DNA from: Gnetum montanum
Taxonomy: Eukaryota > Plantae > Gnetophyta
DNA length: 64,000 nt
Direction of reading: 5' to 3'
Assembly (NCBI GenBank): GCA_015680685.1
Contig: MNCI01000527.1
Span: 429,588-493,587 of the forward strand
This document shows positions 26,521 through 38,839 of the stretch, in pieces. A program made the translations under genes and the position numbers. Under the pieces are notes generated by a model. The model saw nothing but the letters and a program-made list of their open reading frames with translations. It ran no database searches and was not told where the DNA came from. The stretch's first letter is position 1, and each line of letters begins with the position of its first letter.

Positions 26521-29500
26521 CTCCTCCTTAGTTCATACTTTATTGATTTAAATTTCTTCTTGTTTTGTGATGAGCAATGTGAACTGATACAGGAATATAA
26601 TCACATTGTGTTCATAAAATAAGAAGAAATTTATTGATTTAAAATTTTCTTCTTGTTTTAAGAACAAAATGTAAAGTCTTGGTACAATACTTAGGATTGA
26701 CTTAAGTTTCATTCGTAAAGTATGAATTACAGTCTAACACTCCTCTTTAATTCATACTTTATTGATTTAAATTTCTTTTTGTTTTATGACAAGCAATGTG
26801 AAGTGATGCAGGAATATGAATACAATGTTCGAGGGGCATCCTAAAACTCTATATATAGTATTATATTCTTTTTTCAATTTTCACATGTCGTACTTCTTCT
26901 CTTCACTTCTCATTGCGAAAAAGTCATTGTAATGATAAATAATCTCTGAAGATATGGAAGACTTTTCTTGCTAAAGCCTTCATAAAGCTGTATGCTTTCT
27001 AGGACTTTGTGGATATGTATTGAATATCCTCATATTTGTCCAAGTACTTTTGTTGAACAAAATAAATACTTATTTCAATGTGTTTGCTCTTGTCATACCA
27101 GACTTTTCAACAACCTTAATGACAACTTGGTTATCACAATGTATAATAATGGGCTTTGGCACTGAGATTCGTATTTCTGTAAGTAATTGATCGATCCACA
27201 TGGTGTCTTGAACAGTTTCCCATAGAGCATGATATTCAGCTTTCATTGAAGATAAGAAGTCTACCTCTATTTACTGTTATGCCAATTAATGAGATTCCCA
27301 TTTAGTTGAATTAAGAAACAGGTCCTAGAGTTGTGATCAATTGTATCTCCTTCACAATCGACATCAGCATATATGTCTAGGATTATTTATGAAATTTTCA
27401 TGATTACAATCCCATATGATAATGTTGGCTTAGTACATCTTAGGATTAAGAAAGCTACTTTCATAAGACGATAGTTTGGTTTCTGCATTGCCACGGCCAA
27501 TTGATTTATAGCAAACTGAATATCAGATTTAGTGTTGGTGAAGTACATTAATCCTCCAATAATCTATTAATATTGTGTTGGATCAATTAATTCTCCATTA
27601 ATACTTATTTTGAATCCTGCTGTCATCGATATAGCAGTTTCATGATATTCAAGCATATTGCATTTTTCCAATAATTCAGTTGTATACTTCCTTTAGGAGA
27701 TTGTAATTTCTTCATCCTTTTGACATACTTCCGTTTTCAAATAATAGTGTGCTAATGTAAGGTCCAAAATATCAAACCATAAGAATCGGTGGTAGTTGAA
27801 TTTGTTTACGATTTGTGGTTCTGTTGCAGTGACTAAAATGTCATCAAAATGAAATGCCAATAGCATCCGTATCTTCCCATTATTCAAAAGGACACACAGA
27901 TTACTATCTTTCTTAGACTTGGTGAAACCATGATTAATCAGAAATTCATCAATCTTTTGATACTGAAACTAACACTGAAATTATTAATTATGTCAAGTAA
28001 GACCCCTTGGATCTATCAGACCAATTTCAAAATTCCTTTTATGGAATTTTTTTTTTAATTTATAACTCAGCGCTACCCAATAGATTCATAATAGGCTGAT
28101 GATCCTTTGGGCATGGTACTAGCTCCCAAACTTTACGTTTCTTGATCATTGCAATTTCTGCCTCCATAGCTTGTCTTCAATCATCCATTGTAAATGCTTA
28201 ACTTACAATTTTTGGAATGTCCTTGTCTGGTATAGTGATGTTAGCAATAATACCATTTTAATGTGCTTCTTAATATTGATTTCTTGTTAATCAAGGTTTG
28301 TGAATATCCATGGTTGCCCAGTACTTTCGATTGTCTGACACCATTCTTTTGGTCTTCATATGTCATTTATACAATCACTTGATGCTGTGTCATTGTATCA
28401 CTATCTTGCATAGTACATTCAGCTCTCCTATCTAAAGATTCTTCAAGTTGATTGTTGATTTCTAGCCATTCTCTTATTCAATGGTTTTCTTGAGTTTCTA
28501 CTAGGACATAGGGTTCGTAATCAACATCAATGGAGTTATTGTTTGCTTAATCATGATCAGTATCCTGATGAGATGTGTTTAACTCTTCAATTTTCTAAAG
28601 TAGTTTCTTCATTAAATGTAACATCTCTTGATCCAATCAGCTTTCATAACTCAGGATCCCATACATGATATCCCTTTCCTTGAATCCTATAGCCTACGAA
28701 GTATCCTTCTCAAGCTTTCTGATCTGCCTTAGCTTGGGTTCAAACATGGTAGTAGATCCAACTTCCAAAAATTTGTAAATGACTTCAATTCAGTTTTTTT
28801 TTTTTTCTCATTCCATATTTTATTTGGACATTCAAATTGTAAATATAATGTTAGACTTTGGTTTATGATATGGACTGCAATCTGTGCTGCTTTGCCCCAG
28901 AATCTATTATCTAACTTGGACTGAGCTAGCATGCAACATACCATTTCACATATTGTTCTATTCTTTCTTAATGCTACAGAATTTTGTTCTGGACTATATG
29001 GTACAGCATTTTGATAAATGATGCCTTCTTCTGTACGAAAGTTCTAAAATTCTCTACTTGTGTATTTTGTACCATTATCTGTTTGCAACTTCATAGTAGG
29101 TAACCTTGTCTATTTAGCTACTAGGACCTTAAACTCCTTAAAGGTGTTAAATACTTTGGCCTTGGATTTAATCAAACAGACCTAGACCTTCCCTGTAAAA
29201 CCATCAATATCAGTTACGAAGTATTTGGCTCCTCCAATAGTTGACATATTGTCATAAGATCCAACATTAGAAAGTAATTTTCAATTTTGATTTAGCAGTT
29301 CTCCTTTCTCGTGAAAACTTCTGTCTCATCTGCTTTCCAAGAGCACATGATTTACAAAATATTCCTGAACTTAAGCTTAATTGAGGCATCTCATGTGATG
29401 ACCTTAAGATCTTCTACATACAACCTTCATTCATGTCACCTAATCTTGCACACCATAACTTATCTTCTTGAAGTATGTGAGTTGTGGAGCAAATTACTTC

Positions 29501-29712
29501 TCGTATAGGATGTGGTTTGAATGCTCCATTTGTTTCTTGTGTCTCAACTAACTTCTTTTGAGATTTACTGCCCAATATCATGCATCTCACCTTCTTATCT
29601 TGATGTTCTTCAAAAATTATCTTATGACCTGCTTTTACAAGTTAAAAAACTGAAAGCAAATTATGATCCTTCAAGGCAGGTGTATAGTGCACATTTTTTA
29701 TTTGTACTGGTT

Positions 29713-29942
29713 TTTTTTTTTTTTTGAGGAAATGTTCGGGATTAAATTACTGAAAATAGAATACAAGATATTACAAAATGTGGGTCAACGACATTGGCCC
29801 AGGTGAGAGGTTTTTAAAACCTCAATCCATTGTGCCCAACCGAGCATCAGCCGTTCACGTCTAAACGCGCTAAACCATACAAGACAGGAGGCGGGGCTGC
29901 TGGTGCAAGGGTGTGGCATGTGTGTGTGGAAGGGGGAAGGGG
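29713..29942 (-). mobile_element. Short poly(A)-tailed retroposed fragment (probable L1 3' UTR) inserted in Copia pol
   Basis: T15 run at 29711-29725. GGTT flanks both sides. Removing it restores Copia ...MKIADQPVQIKNVHYTPALKDHNLLSV. Confidence 0.72.
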
Positions 29943-31202
29943 GGTTGATCTGCAATCTTCATATTAATATCATCAACTTCCCTATATTTGCTTACAACTC
30001 CTGTAAGTATTGTGACTTCCCCAGCATCTATAGTGCACATGTTTTAGAATAAGTTCCAATTACCTGACACATACCTTGAACATCTAGAATCAATATACCA
30101 AGTGTGATGCTCCATTTTAGCTACAATGTCTTTACTTGTAATGTCTGTGATAATTAAAACCACATCATCTTCCGTGAAGTTTGCTTCATCTTTACAATTG
30201 TTGTTACGATTATTATGATGATAGTTATTATTTTTCTGTCCTTGTTGAGTCATGCTCATTTTGATAATTTTCCTCTGTATTGCTGAGGTTCAGGGATTTC
30301 GTAAATTGAACCAACAGTCTTTAACTCATTCACCATCTTTCCACATATAAAGCATGATCTTACATTATCCTTTTCCTTTTGGTTTTGAAATCTGTGATTT
30401 CTTGGGCCATTTGACTGTTTATTAAACTTCCAATTACTTCCTTGATTATTTCTCCGATTATACCTGACTTGTTCTGAACTTTGTAGCCTTTCTTGGAATT
30501 CCTTTTTTTTTTTTTTTGTTTCTTATAATTGTAATCTTGCAATAAGTGTTGCAAAATATGGTCTTTCTCCCGCAGCATCCAGGGCTTGAGTGAATCCTTT
30601 ATATTTTTCAGGAGAAGCTTGAAGGAGACAACTTACAAGTTCTTCATCTGGAACATCTTCTCTGCATTCTAATTCTAGGCTTACAAATCTCATTTCTTTT
30701 GCAAAGTCCATTAATTTATAGTCAGCTTGCATCTTCATCATTCCTAACTTGATAAACAGGCTATACTTCTTAGCTTTGTCAAGACAGCCAAACATTTGGT
30801 ACAGGTATTCCCATATCTAGCTGTTGTATCCATACTGTAAACCAAACTAGATACATCATTAGATATAGTCATGAATAGTATGCTTAATGCCATATCATTC
30901 TGTTCACATTTCCAGTCGTCATCTAATCTGAAATTGGTGTTTGATACGACTTGTCATAAACAACTTGCTCATAACGTTATTCTCATTTTTTTGTGCCCAT
31001 GTACAGTAGTTCTTTGTCATAAGTTACTGAGAATCGGATACAGCAATTTTATTTACCAAAGACCGTAATAGATTCGTATCTGGATCTTCCTTTAGGGACA
31101 TACTTTGCATCGAATTAATAAGGTCTTCTACACTACTGCCATTCTTTTTTGGTGCATCTTTTACTCATTCTGTTTTCTTACCTTCCTCTCAGTCTAATAC
31201 CA

Positions 31203-31613
31203 TGTTGAAATTTGATTCCAAGGATCATAGGTAGGGAAGTAGATAAGTCACGAGTAAAACAATTTTGAACAAAACTAGAAATCTGCATAATAATTGATAC
31301 TATTTTAAGTAATAATTTTGTATCTTCAAATTCTGTTGGTGCACCTTCGTGACCTTTTGAGCGTATCAGTTCCAAATAACAACTCACTTAATTCCTTCTT
31401 ACAATTTTTCACACTTAAAACTGACTCAACAACACTTAAGATGAACATGAAAAGTCATGACTCATTCTTAATTGACATGACTTCTCACTCTTTACAAATT
31501 CAGAAGGATTTTACTTAACAAATCTTACAGAACAATGACAAGACTTACGAACTTGACACAACACTTATGATTGACTTAAGTTTTATTCATAAAGTATAAA
31601 TTACACTCTAATA
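31203..31613 (-). repeat. Copia 5' LTR
   Basis: tgttgaaatttgat...ctctaata (terminal CA mutated to TA). PBS adjacent. Confidence 0.9.
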
Positions 31614-31946
31614 GAGGAGCTTTAAACAAGGTGACCTCTTGTCGCCCTACCATTTCCTGATTGTGTCCAAATGTTGGGATGTGTGACTTCATCGTGTGGG
31701 CTTAACCAATCTACTTCCATGGCCTAGCCATATTCAAAAATATGCAGATGATACATTAACTATCATTCCAACAAACATGCCTGAAGTTCGCAAGCTCAAG
31801 AAGGGCCATTCCATGTTCAGCTGCATCTGCAGTCTCACGGTCAATTGACAAAAGTCAGTGGTGTACAAGTCAATGTTGGAGTTTGACTTTACACCTTTGA
31901 AGCAACTCTGCAATTCTTCCAGGATCTAATGAGTAACAAGTAATAC

Positions 31947-33276
31947 TGTAGAATCATAAGATCATAACTCTCTTCTTAATGATAACTGTTTCTCGTAATT
32001 CTCTATAGCTATGAATATTGTAAGTCTTACTGAATTAACTACTTATGAATCCTCTTATGATGAACAAAGTTTTGTTGTCTTGATTCTATAACTTAATACT
32101 AGTCATAAGCTATTGTAGATATCCTATAACATGTCCTATTTCTAGTTTTGGTAATTCGTAATCATCATCTTTGGGCTTGCAGATGTTCCAAATTTGGCTA
32201 GGATAAGAATATAAGAATTTCTTGTGTTTCGGTGGTGTTGCTCTTCCTCTAGTAATGTATCTTCTTTTAGATTGGTCCTCCTACATCATAAGGTTATGAT
32301 ATGCTTACAACTATTGTTTGTAACTCATTATATTACAAACACTTGCCTATGGACTTATCACAATTCTTACTTGGTACATCATTAAGTTCTCAGTGAACTT
32401 AACTTCACCTTACTTCTCTGTGCTTCATTAAGTTTCCTTTGATTTAACTACACCAACTTCTTTCGTACTTTACTAAGCCACTCCTGGCTTGGCTTTGCTA
32501 AGCTTTACAAAATACTTCTTTGTAAGCCTTATTCTTCTTTTCCATTGGAACCTTCCAAATGGCCTTCTCTTCTTCTTTAAGAAACTAGGCTAAGCTACAT
32601 ATGGCACAGCTAGGATCTTCAGTTCTTCTTTAAGAACTTGGATCTTGTGTCACAAGGATCGCACGTGTCTCCTACAACACTTACTTATGAGGTCTTCAGA
32701 ATGGGTAACTCTTGATGCTCCTTTTTGCACTTACGCTAAGGGCATTATTCCTTCATACTTTTACAAATCATTATTCCTTCATACTTTTACAAATCACTGT
32801 TGTTCATATCTTTTGGTTCACGAACATTACTTGAGACTATTGTTCCAATGCTACTTCTCCATTTTACTTGTTCTTGCACTTACTCTTTCTTTTTTTTCAC
32901 TTCTTCTTTAGTTCTTCTTCGTTCTCTTATTCCATTTATTATTCTATCATTTGTCCTTATCTTACAAAGTGACTACCTTGCTCTCTTATACTTCATAGGA
33001 AGTTGTAACTTTTGGGAAAATGTCATAACCTTTTGTGACAAATAATAGATTAAGTCAAGAAACTAATGATTGTATCTTAACTTAGGAGTATATTCTAACA
33101 ATTATTCCATTTATTGTTCTATCATTTATCCTTATTTTACAAAGTAAGTACTTGTGCTCTCTTATACTTCATTGGAAGTTGTGACTTTTGGGAAAATGTC
33201 ATAACCTTTTGTAACAAATAATAGATTAAGTTAAGAAACTAATGATTATATCTTAACTTAGGAGTATATTCTAACA
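31947..33276. mobile_element. About 1.3-kb insertion in L1 RT, probable solo LTR
   Basis: L1 homology is interrupted from about 31925 to 33280. Termini tgtagaat...attctaaca form an imperfect inverted pair. No clean TSD (aatac/attag). Confidence 0.5.
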
Positions 33277-33277
33277 A
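32927..33277. repeat. 175-bp tandem duplication
   Basis: ttattccatttatt...ggagtatattctaacaa begins at 32927 and 33102. Confidence 0.92.
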
Positions 33278-35327
33278 TTAGATGACCCTCTCCTCACCTT
33301 ACATGCATTGCTAACCTTATTGGGTGCACCATCAAGAAGCTCCCCAACATTTACTTGGGGATGCCCCTCTTTGTCGACCATCTTGTTTGCTCTATTTGGG
33401 AACCTTGCATCAATAAACTCCATGACCATCTTGTTGATAGAAAGAGTGTTTTTTTATCGTCTACAAGAAAAATCTTGTCGGCCAGATCAGTTTCACAAGG
33501 CATTCCCATGTTTATCTCCACCAACCTTCTCCCAATTCCATAATTCAATGCATCAACAAGTTGATTCACAGTTTTATCTAGCAAGGAGCAAAACCAAAGC
33601 ATAAATTTCACTTGGTTTAGTGGGATAAGGTTGCAACTCTAAAGAGTTTTTGAGAATCTTGGCATTTTGCTCACTGAGTAGGATAACTCACATTCAAGCT
33701 CAAACACACCAGCCTCCCCAAGCCATTGTGGCACCCAATCATCATAAGCAAGTATGGCAATTGCTAGCATGATAATGTGCAATAGCATTCCTGGTTTTTC
33801 AAACATCCTTGTGATGCCTCACAAAAGACATAGCAGGTTATCATTTGGTCTTCCCCTCCTCATATCCCGTTACCCTCATAAAGTGGCATGATCATATGGC
33901 ATGCATCTCAGTTAAAGAATGGTCTAAAACTCCCACCTAGATCACGTAAGCTTGGGGTGATATGGTGGGGGACTTTTATTGTTTCTTCCTCTAGCACTTG
34001 CAGTCTCACAAGCTACCCAAGGACCCAATCATTAATACTCAGCTGTGAACCCTCCTCGCTTTATGTAGGGTGTTGACATAAAATAAAAATTTGGATCTAC
34101 TATCAAAGCCATCCCACCCTCAGTTCTCCCAATGCATTCCTTAAAGTAAAATTCAACAATGTGAATGGTTCAAGGCCTTCTTTCAACGCCAGGACCAATG
34201 TGCCACACAAGCCTGGAACATTCCCACAATCCTAAAGGTCTTTCATTTCTACTTCATTATTCAACTGACCTTATAAAAAGAAAGAAAGACACAACATGGT
34301 AGCACCTGAATAACTTTCATGTCATCAAATACAATGGAACTAGGTGAACTAACGAGATCTTGGACAATGTATAATAATCCACGAAAATAAGCTTAAGATC
34401 ACTGTTATAAATTTTGTCAAACAAAAATGGAAGGAAGAAATTAAGACAATAGAATCCACATCTACAGTTACAACATGACACATTCTACAAAGGAAAAATT
34501 GGACCTTTGATGAGGACACATTCCTAATGTATAAAAATGGTATAACTTTGGCAATAATATGCTATAAGATTTTATAGATAGATTTGTTCATATAGACCCA
34601 GAGGTAAATAATGATTTTTGAATTTGAAATAGAAGCTCACTGATTGTCGGGGCTAGAATCATGGTTACCCTCCCCACAAGTTCCTCAAAGTTGCATTTTG
34701 AAATAAAAATGACTATATCTGCAATGTTTAAATCACATATTTTTTATGATTGAGTACCATTTTATATATATATATATATCCAGGAAACCCAAAAAAAGAA
34801 GTTATTTACCATAATCAAATCAAGAAACATCAAACTATTTATGATAGTTGTGTGTGTAGCAGAATGTTCGTAACTAGGTAGGAAGGATTTACATGCAATG
34901 TAAGATAAACTCTTATATATGTGCATGATAAAGTATGAAATAACAAAGGGAATGATGATGATTGGGATGAGTGTTTCAAGAAGAAATAATAAAGATTAAT
35001 AAAGAATCTAATAAAGAAAACGGTTTTTTAAGTCAAAATTTTTTGAAGAGTGTGTTTCTAATTTCTGAACAACTACCAATAAACATTTGCATAAACTAGT
35101 TTCTTTATAAGAATAATAGCAGCAGCAGCATCAATAATATATTCCTCAAGTCCAGCCTCTACTAGTAGGAAAATATAAATTAAGCACAGATATTATCAAA
35201 ATTGTTGTTTGTGGTAGGGTATAGGTGATAGTTCCCCCTTCCCCACCTTCCCCAAACAGAGAAGAAAAGATAACATATATTTTGCAAGAAAAATCTCTAT
35301 CTCCGCATGCACAAAATAAGAAGTCAC

Positions 35328-35464
35328 CTGTTTGGATCAATTCCAGTACTTGCAACAGCGTTCATTGCTCGTACTATCATTTCTTGGATAACTTGATGCA
35401 TGTTCCTTGATAAGAACCGCCCCTTGCTTCCAAACTGAATGATAAATTGCATGTCTAATACAAA
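35328..35464 (-). CDS. EXO84: EXO84 exon 6
   Basis: Read by hand: FVLDMQFIIQFGSKGRFLSRNMHQVIQEMIVRAMNAVASTGIDPN(S). 137 nt, tag acceptor, gtgact donor, phase 2. Confidence 0.95.
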
Positions 35465-35563
35465 CTACTCCACAAACAATTGGATAGAATGAGTCAGAGA
35501 GAAAGGATTGATCGGCATGGGTCAGCAGAATCAATAAAATAACCTAAAAAGTTAAACAATTAC

Positions 35564-35752
35564 CTGGTGTAAACCATTTGGCCCAAGTGGCTTGAGACCA
35601 CATTCAATTTCATTCCAGAAATTTTGATCATTGGCTAGGAAAAGTATCACAGTATCAGTCAGTCTCATCAGAATTAAGGTAACAACTCTTTCCCTGCCTG
35701 GGAGCATCTCTGAGGCAATTTGTGATAAACTATTCAAATTATCAAGTAATTC
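35564..35752 (-). CDS. EXO84: EXO84 exon 5
   Basis: ELLDNLN...GRERVVTLILMRLTDTVIL...FWNEIECGLKPLGPNGLHQ. 189 nt, AG/GT boundaries. Confidence 0.95.
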
Positions 35753-36597
35753 CTGCATGAAACCAACAAAAACATTATAGATTATACCAAACTGTTGTAA
35801 TAATTGTCAGTGACACCATCCATGAAATATTTTGCTTGCACCTCATCAATCACCATTTTAGAAAATATAATATCTAAAATATTTAAAGAAAAGCCTGAGC
35901 ATGATCCTGTAAATTTTAACCTTTTAAAAATGCTTAAGTACCATTTAAGTTACTAAAGAATTACCAATACCTATTTAGCATTTACCAACAATTAATCCAA
36001 GCATATGACACACATGAAGCTCGAATTCATAACATATTGGTTAACAGTTCAATGTGTTACCATGAGTTCCAACACCATTACGGTATATAGGCAAATATAA
36101 AGCCTTCTTCTCTTACAGAAGCAAACTCCCAGTATCCCAGATAATGAAGCGGATGGATGGGTGTTCTTTGTAAGAGCTTCACAAAGTATAAGTTTCAAAC
36201 TAGATACCTATAGGCACTAGTAACTTAGGACATATGCAAGGCATGTTAAGCCATCTACCTGTGCTCATCTTCACAAGATAAATATTTAACAGTACATTAT
36301 CCCTAAAGTTCATGTTAATTATCTAAAAATTAGTGGAGAAGGAACACTTTGTTGTGATATAAGTTTGAAATAGCTCAATCATATGTAATATGAGTTTGTC
36401 ATTTTGTTGGTATGTTACTGTACGTCTACAACTTCCTACAAAAATTTGTATATCACATAATGGTTCTTTTTAACAAACAGCCATACATGATTATGAAAAG
36501 ACCGAGAACATAGTATATTGACTTTACAATAGATATATAGCAACAAATTATTCAGGATAAAGTTTAATTATGACCGCAATACCTAAGATGTTTGATT

Positions 36598-36640
36598 ACA
36601 AACATTCAGGAAAATAACACAAACATTCAGGAAAATAACA
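36598..36640. repeat. 21-bp tandem duplication in intron 4
   Basis: acaaacattcaggaaaataac occurs twice. Confidence 0.85.
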
Positions 36641-36734
36641 GAACTGTTCTCATTTAGCTGCAAGCTACTTAGCAAACATTATTTCACACTTAGATAAGTA
36701 AGATTTCATGATCCAATAACTCAAGATAGCAAAC

Positions 36735-37265
36735 CTGGAATATTTTGGAGGGATAGACATCTTGAGGTAAATATGAAGACTCGCTGTTGTCATCCAGGTT
36801 GATATACATTTCAGGAGTTAGATGTGATACATCTTCATTGAAATTAAATATTACTTCAAGAGCATGTTTTCTGCAAAAATAATCTCGCAGTCTATCAACA
36901 GATCTTTGCAAGCGTCTTCTCCACTCTCTGTGATCAGGAAGCCGATTTGGTCTTTCAACAGATCTCCTCCATGTATCTTCCCGTCCACCTAACTGGTGGG
37001 AAGGAGACAGCTTTAAAGCAGCACGTGGCAACAGTTCATCTGCCAGTGCAGCAGCATTACCTATAAGTGCAATCTGTTGAGTGTCAGACTCTGCAAGTCT
37101 TACAATCTTATTGCCATGCAGCTCGGTATCTTCATCCTCATGCACTGGGCTAGGAATAGCCTTGATCAACAAGTCGATATAGGAAGTAAAAACTTGGGCA
37201 ATACCATCCAGGGCTTGTCCCCCAATCTGCATGCTCAAAAGTGGCACAATATCTTCAAAGAAATC
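36735..37265 (-). CDS. EXO84: EXO84 exon 4
   Basis: DFFEDIVPLLSMQIGG...ALADELLPRAALKL...REWRRRLQRSVDRLRDYFC...PSKIFQ. 531 nt, AG/GT boundaries. Confidence 0.96.
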
Positions 37266-37749
37266 CTGCCAAAAACATTATTAGTCTTGATTTATGAGAG
37301 TTACACTCCAAGCAATTTCATAATAGTTGGGAAAAAACTCTGTTAATAATATTCAAGACTAATGGAAAGAAGAAAGGGAGGAGGAAAATTAAGATATGAC
37401 AAAATTCTACGTATCTATTGACAGATCAGTTTCAGCAATTTATCTCTAACAATTTCCATATATGTCAAACTACCCTATTGGGATTGAAATTGGGATTTAT
37501 CGGATGCAATACATAACTTTTACCAACAAGCCTCAAATCAAATCAATGTCCACCCAAGTGAAGGTCAGTTTGAACACTTTATATAAATCATCAAACAAAC
37601 ATGAACATACATTGATAACAATATTGTCAACTTAAAATGATTAATGATTAAAGTAAGTCTTCTAACTGCAACTCCGTAAGATTATTTCAACAGCTGGAAA
37701 AAGAGATACATTCAAGTTTTTATTAGGAAATAAACATAGAATACTTCAC

Positions 37750-38797
37750 CTGGGCCATAGAATTGAATCGATGGGCACTACTTGAAAGCTTCAGCTGGAA
37801 GGCAACACCTGCGGATGCACTATTTGAGGACCGGCTCACCAATCGAGAAGCAGTGGGTAAATGAGTTAGCACCCAATCATCAGCAGCTACCAAAGCAGCA
37901 GTGCTCTCTTCAATTCTCTTTAAATTGGCTTGCAATGCTTGCTCTACACTTGGTTTAAAAAGCTTTAATAATATTGGGCAAAGTGCCATCCCTTGGGCTT
38001 CTAATAATGTGCAATGACCTAAAGCTATTTGTACACACTCTGCAGCAGCTCTCAAGCCTCCAGCAGCTGCAGAAGAAGCTAGGGCATGTCTTTTCACAAG
38101 ATTTGCAAACTCTTCAGTTAACTTGGTAGACCACATAACAAGTTCTGAGGCATATGCTGACTCATCTCCAAACACAGACACAGAATCACTAATTGCTTGT
38201 GCAATGGCTGAAAACACTAATTGTGCAAGAGTTGCTGTGTATGCACCACCATAGGAAGTGCTAGATGGACGCAAACTTTGCATATTGTACCGAAGCCTCT
38301 GATGATGAGCATTAAGGAGCAAAGTATGCGCACGAGAACCATCTCCAAGCTTCTTCAAAGCAGAAATTGCAGCTCGGAGTTCAGCACCACGGGTAGATTG
38401 TTGATTTATTGTTTCAGCAAGTTGGTCAGCAAGTCGACTTCGACAATCAGAAAGAGCAGAATCTAATGAAGACAGAGTAGCTGCATTCAAACTGCCTCCC
38501 TCTCGTGCTTCTGCAGCTACTTGCTCTCCTTCATCAATTGCAATCAAAGCTTCATCAACTCTTCGTTCAGCTAAAAGTACATCTAAAACATCAGGAAGTT
38601 CAAGTGACCATTTTTCCAATTCTGATAACTCATTAACTTCAAACAAAGAAGCATCTGTTTCAGAAGAAATGCCACAGCTGATTGATGTATCAATACGAAC
38701 ACCCTCTGCAAGTCTATGAATCAGAGTTGACTGAATTGAAAGCAAATTTCTGATTTGAAGAAGCTCTCCCTCAAGATCTGATATTTCCTTTGAAGTG
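37750..38797 (-). CDS. EXO84: EXO84 exon 3
   Basis: TSKEISDLEGEL...DVLLAERRVDEAL...AAAGGLRAAAECVQIALGHC...KLSSSAHRFNSMAQ. tttgcag acceptor, gtgaag donor, 1048 nt. Confidence 0.97.
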
Positions 38798-38839
38798 CTG
38801 CAAATAAACAATGTGTATTGTTTTATTCTTGTAATCCAA

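Larger units (their letters stand above)
26104..31613 (-). mobile_element. Degenerate Ty1/Copia LTR retrotransposon with both LTRs
   Basis: LTRs at 26104-26520 and 31203-31613. TSD GAGGG/GAGGA. tRNA-iMet-like PBS TGGTATTAGA next to 31202. PPT AAGGAGGAG at about 26521-26529. Zn knuckle, PR WYIDSRCS, INT LQTDNG and SPEQNSVALRKNRTICEM...FWGKA, partly deleted RT, RH KHIEI. Confidence 0.93.
22572..34250 (+). mobile_element. Degenerate L1-clade LINE ORF2 (EN and RT), antisense to EXO84, split by four insertions
   Basis: In order: MIIASWNI...YLQEMK (22572), LQGDCDTMFF (about 24700), KAPSPDG (about 24965), CKPINLLSILY, KINLAKAYDNV (about 25340), GRGFKQGDLLSPY (split between 25507 and 31619), QKYADDTL (about 31735), LPNIYLGMPL (about 33340). 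3' boundary approximate. Confidence 0.9.
13475..35327 (-). other. EXO84 intron 6, 21,853 bp, filled with TEs
   Basis: GT at 35327-35326 and AG at 13476-13475. Exons 6 and 7 join in frame to give ...GIDPNSVLNDDEWF... Confidence 0.9.

Noticed and set aside
29683-30040. 12-bp direct repeat tatagtgcacat as a candidate TSD
   Set aside because: Both copies lie in continuous Copia coding sequence (MCTIDAGEV and KNVHYTP). The true insert is 29713-29942.
38221-38466. Antisense ORFs over EXO84 exons (also 37077-37346 and 41742-42027)
   Set aside because: Shadow ORFs of the coding strand with no independent support.
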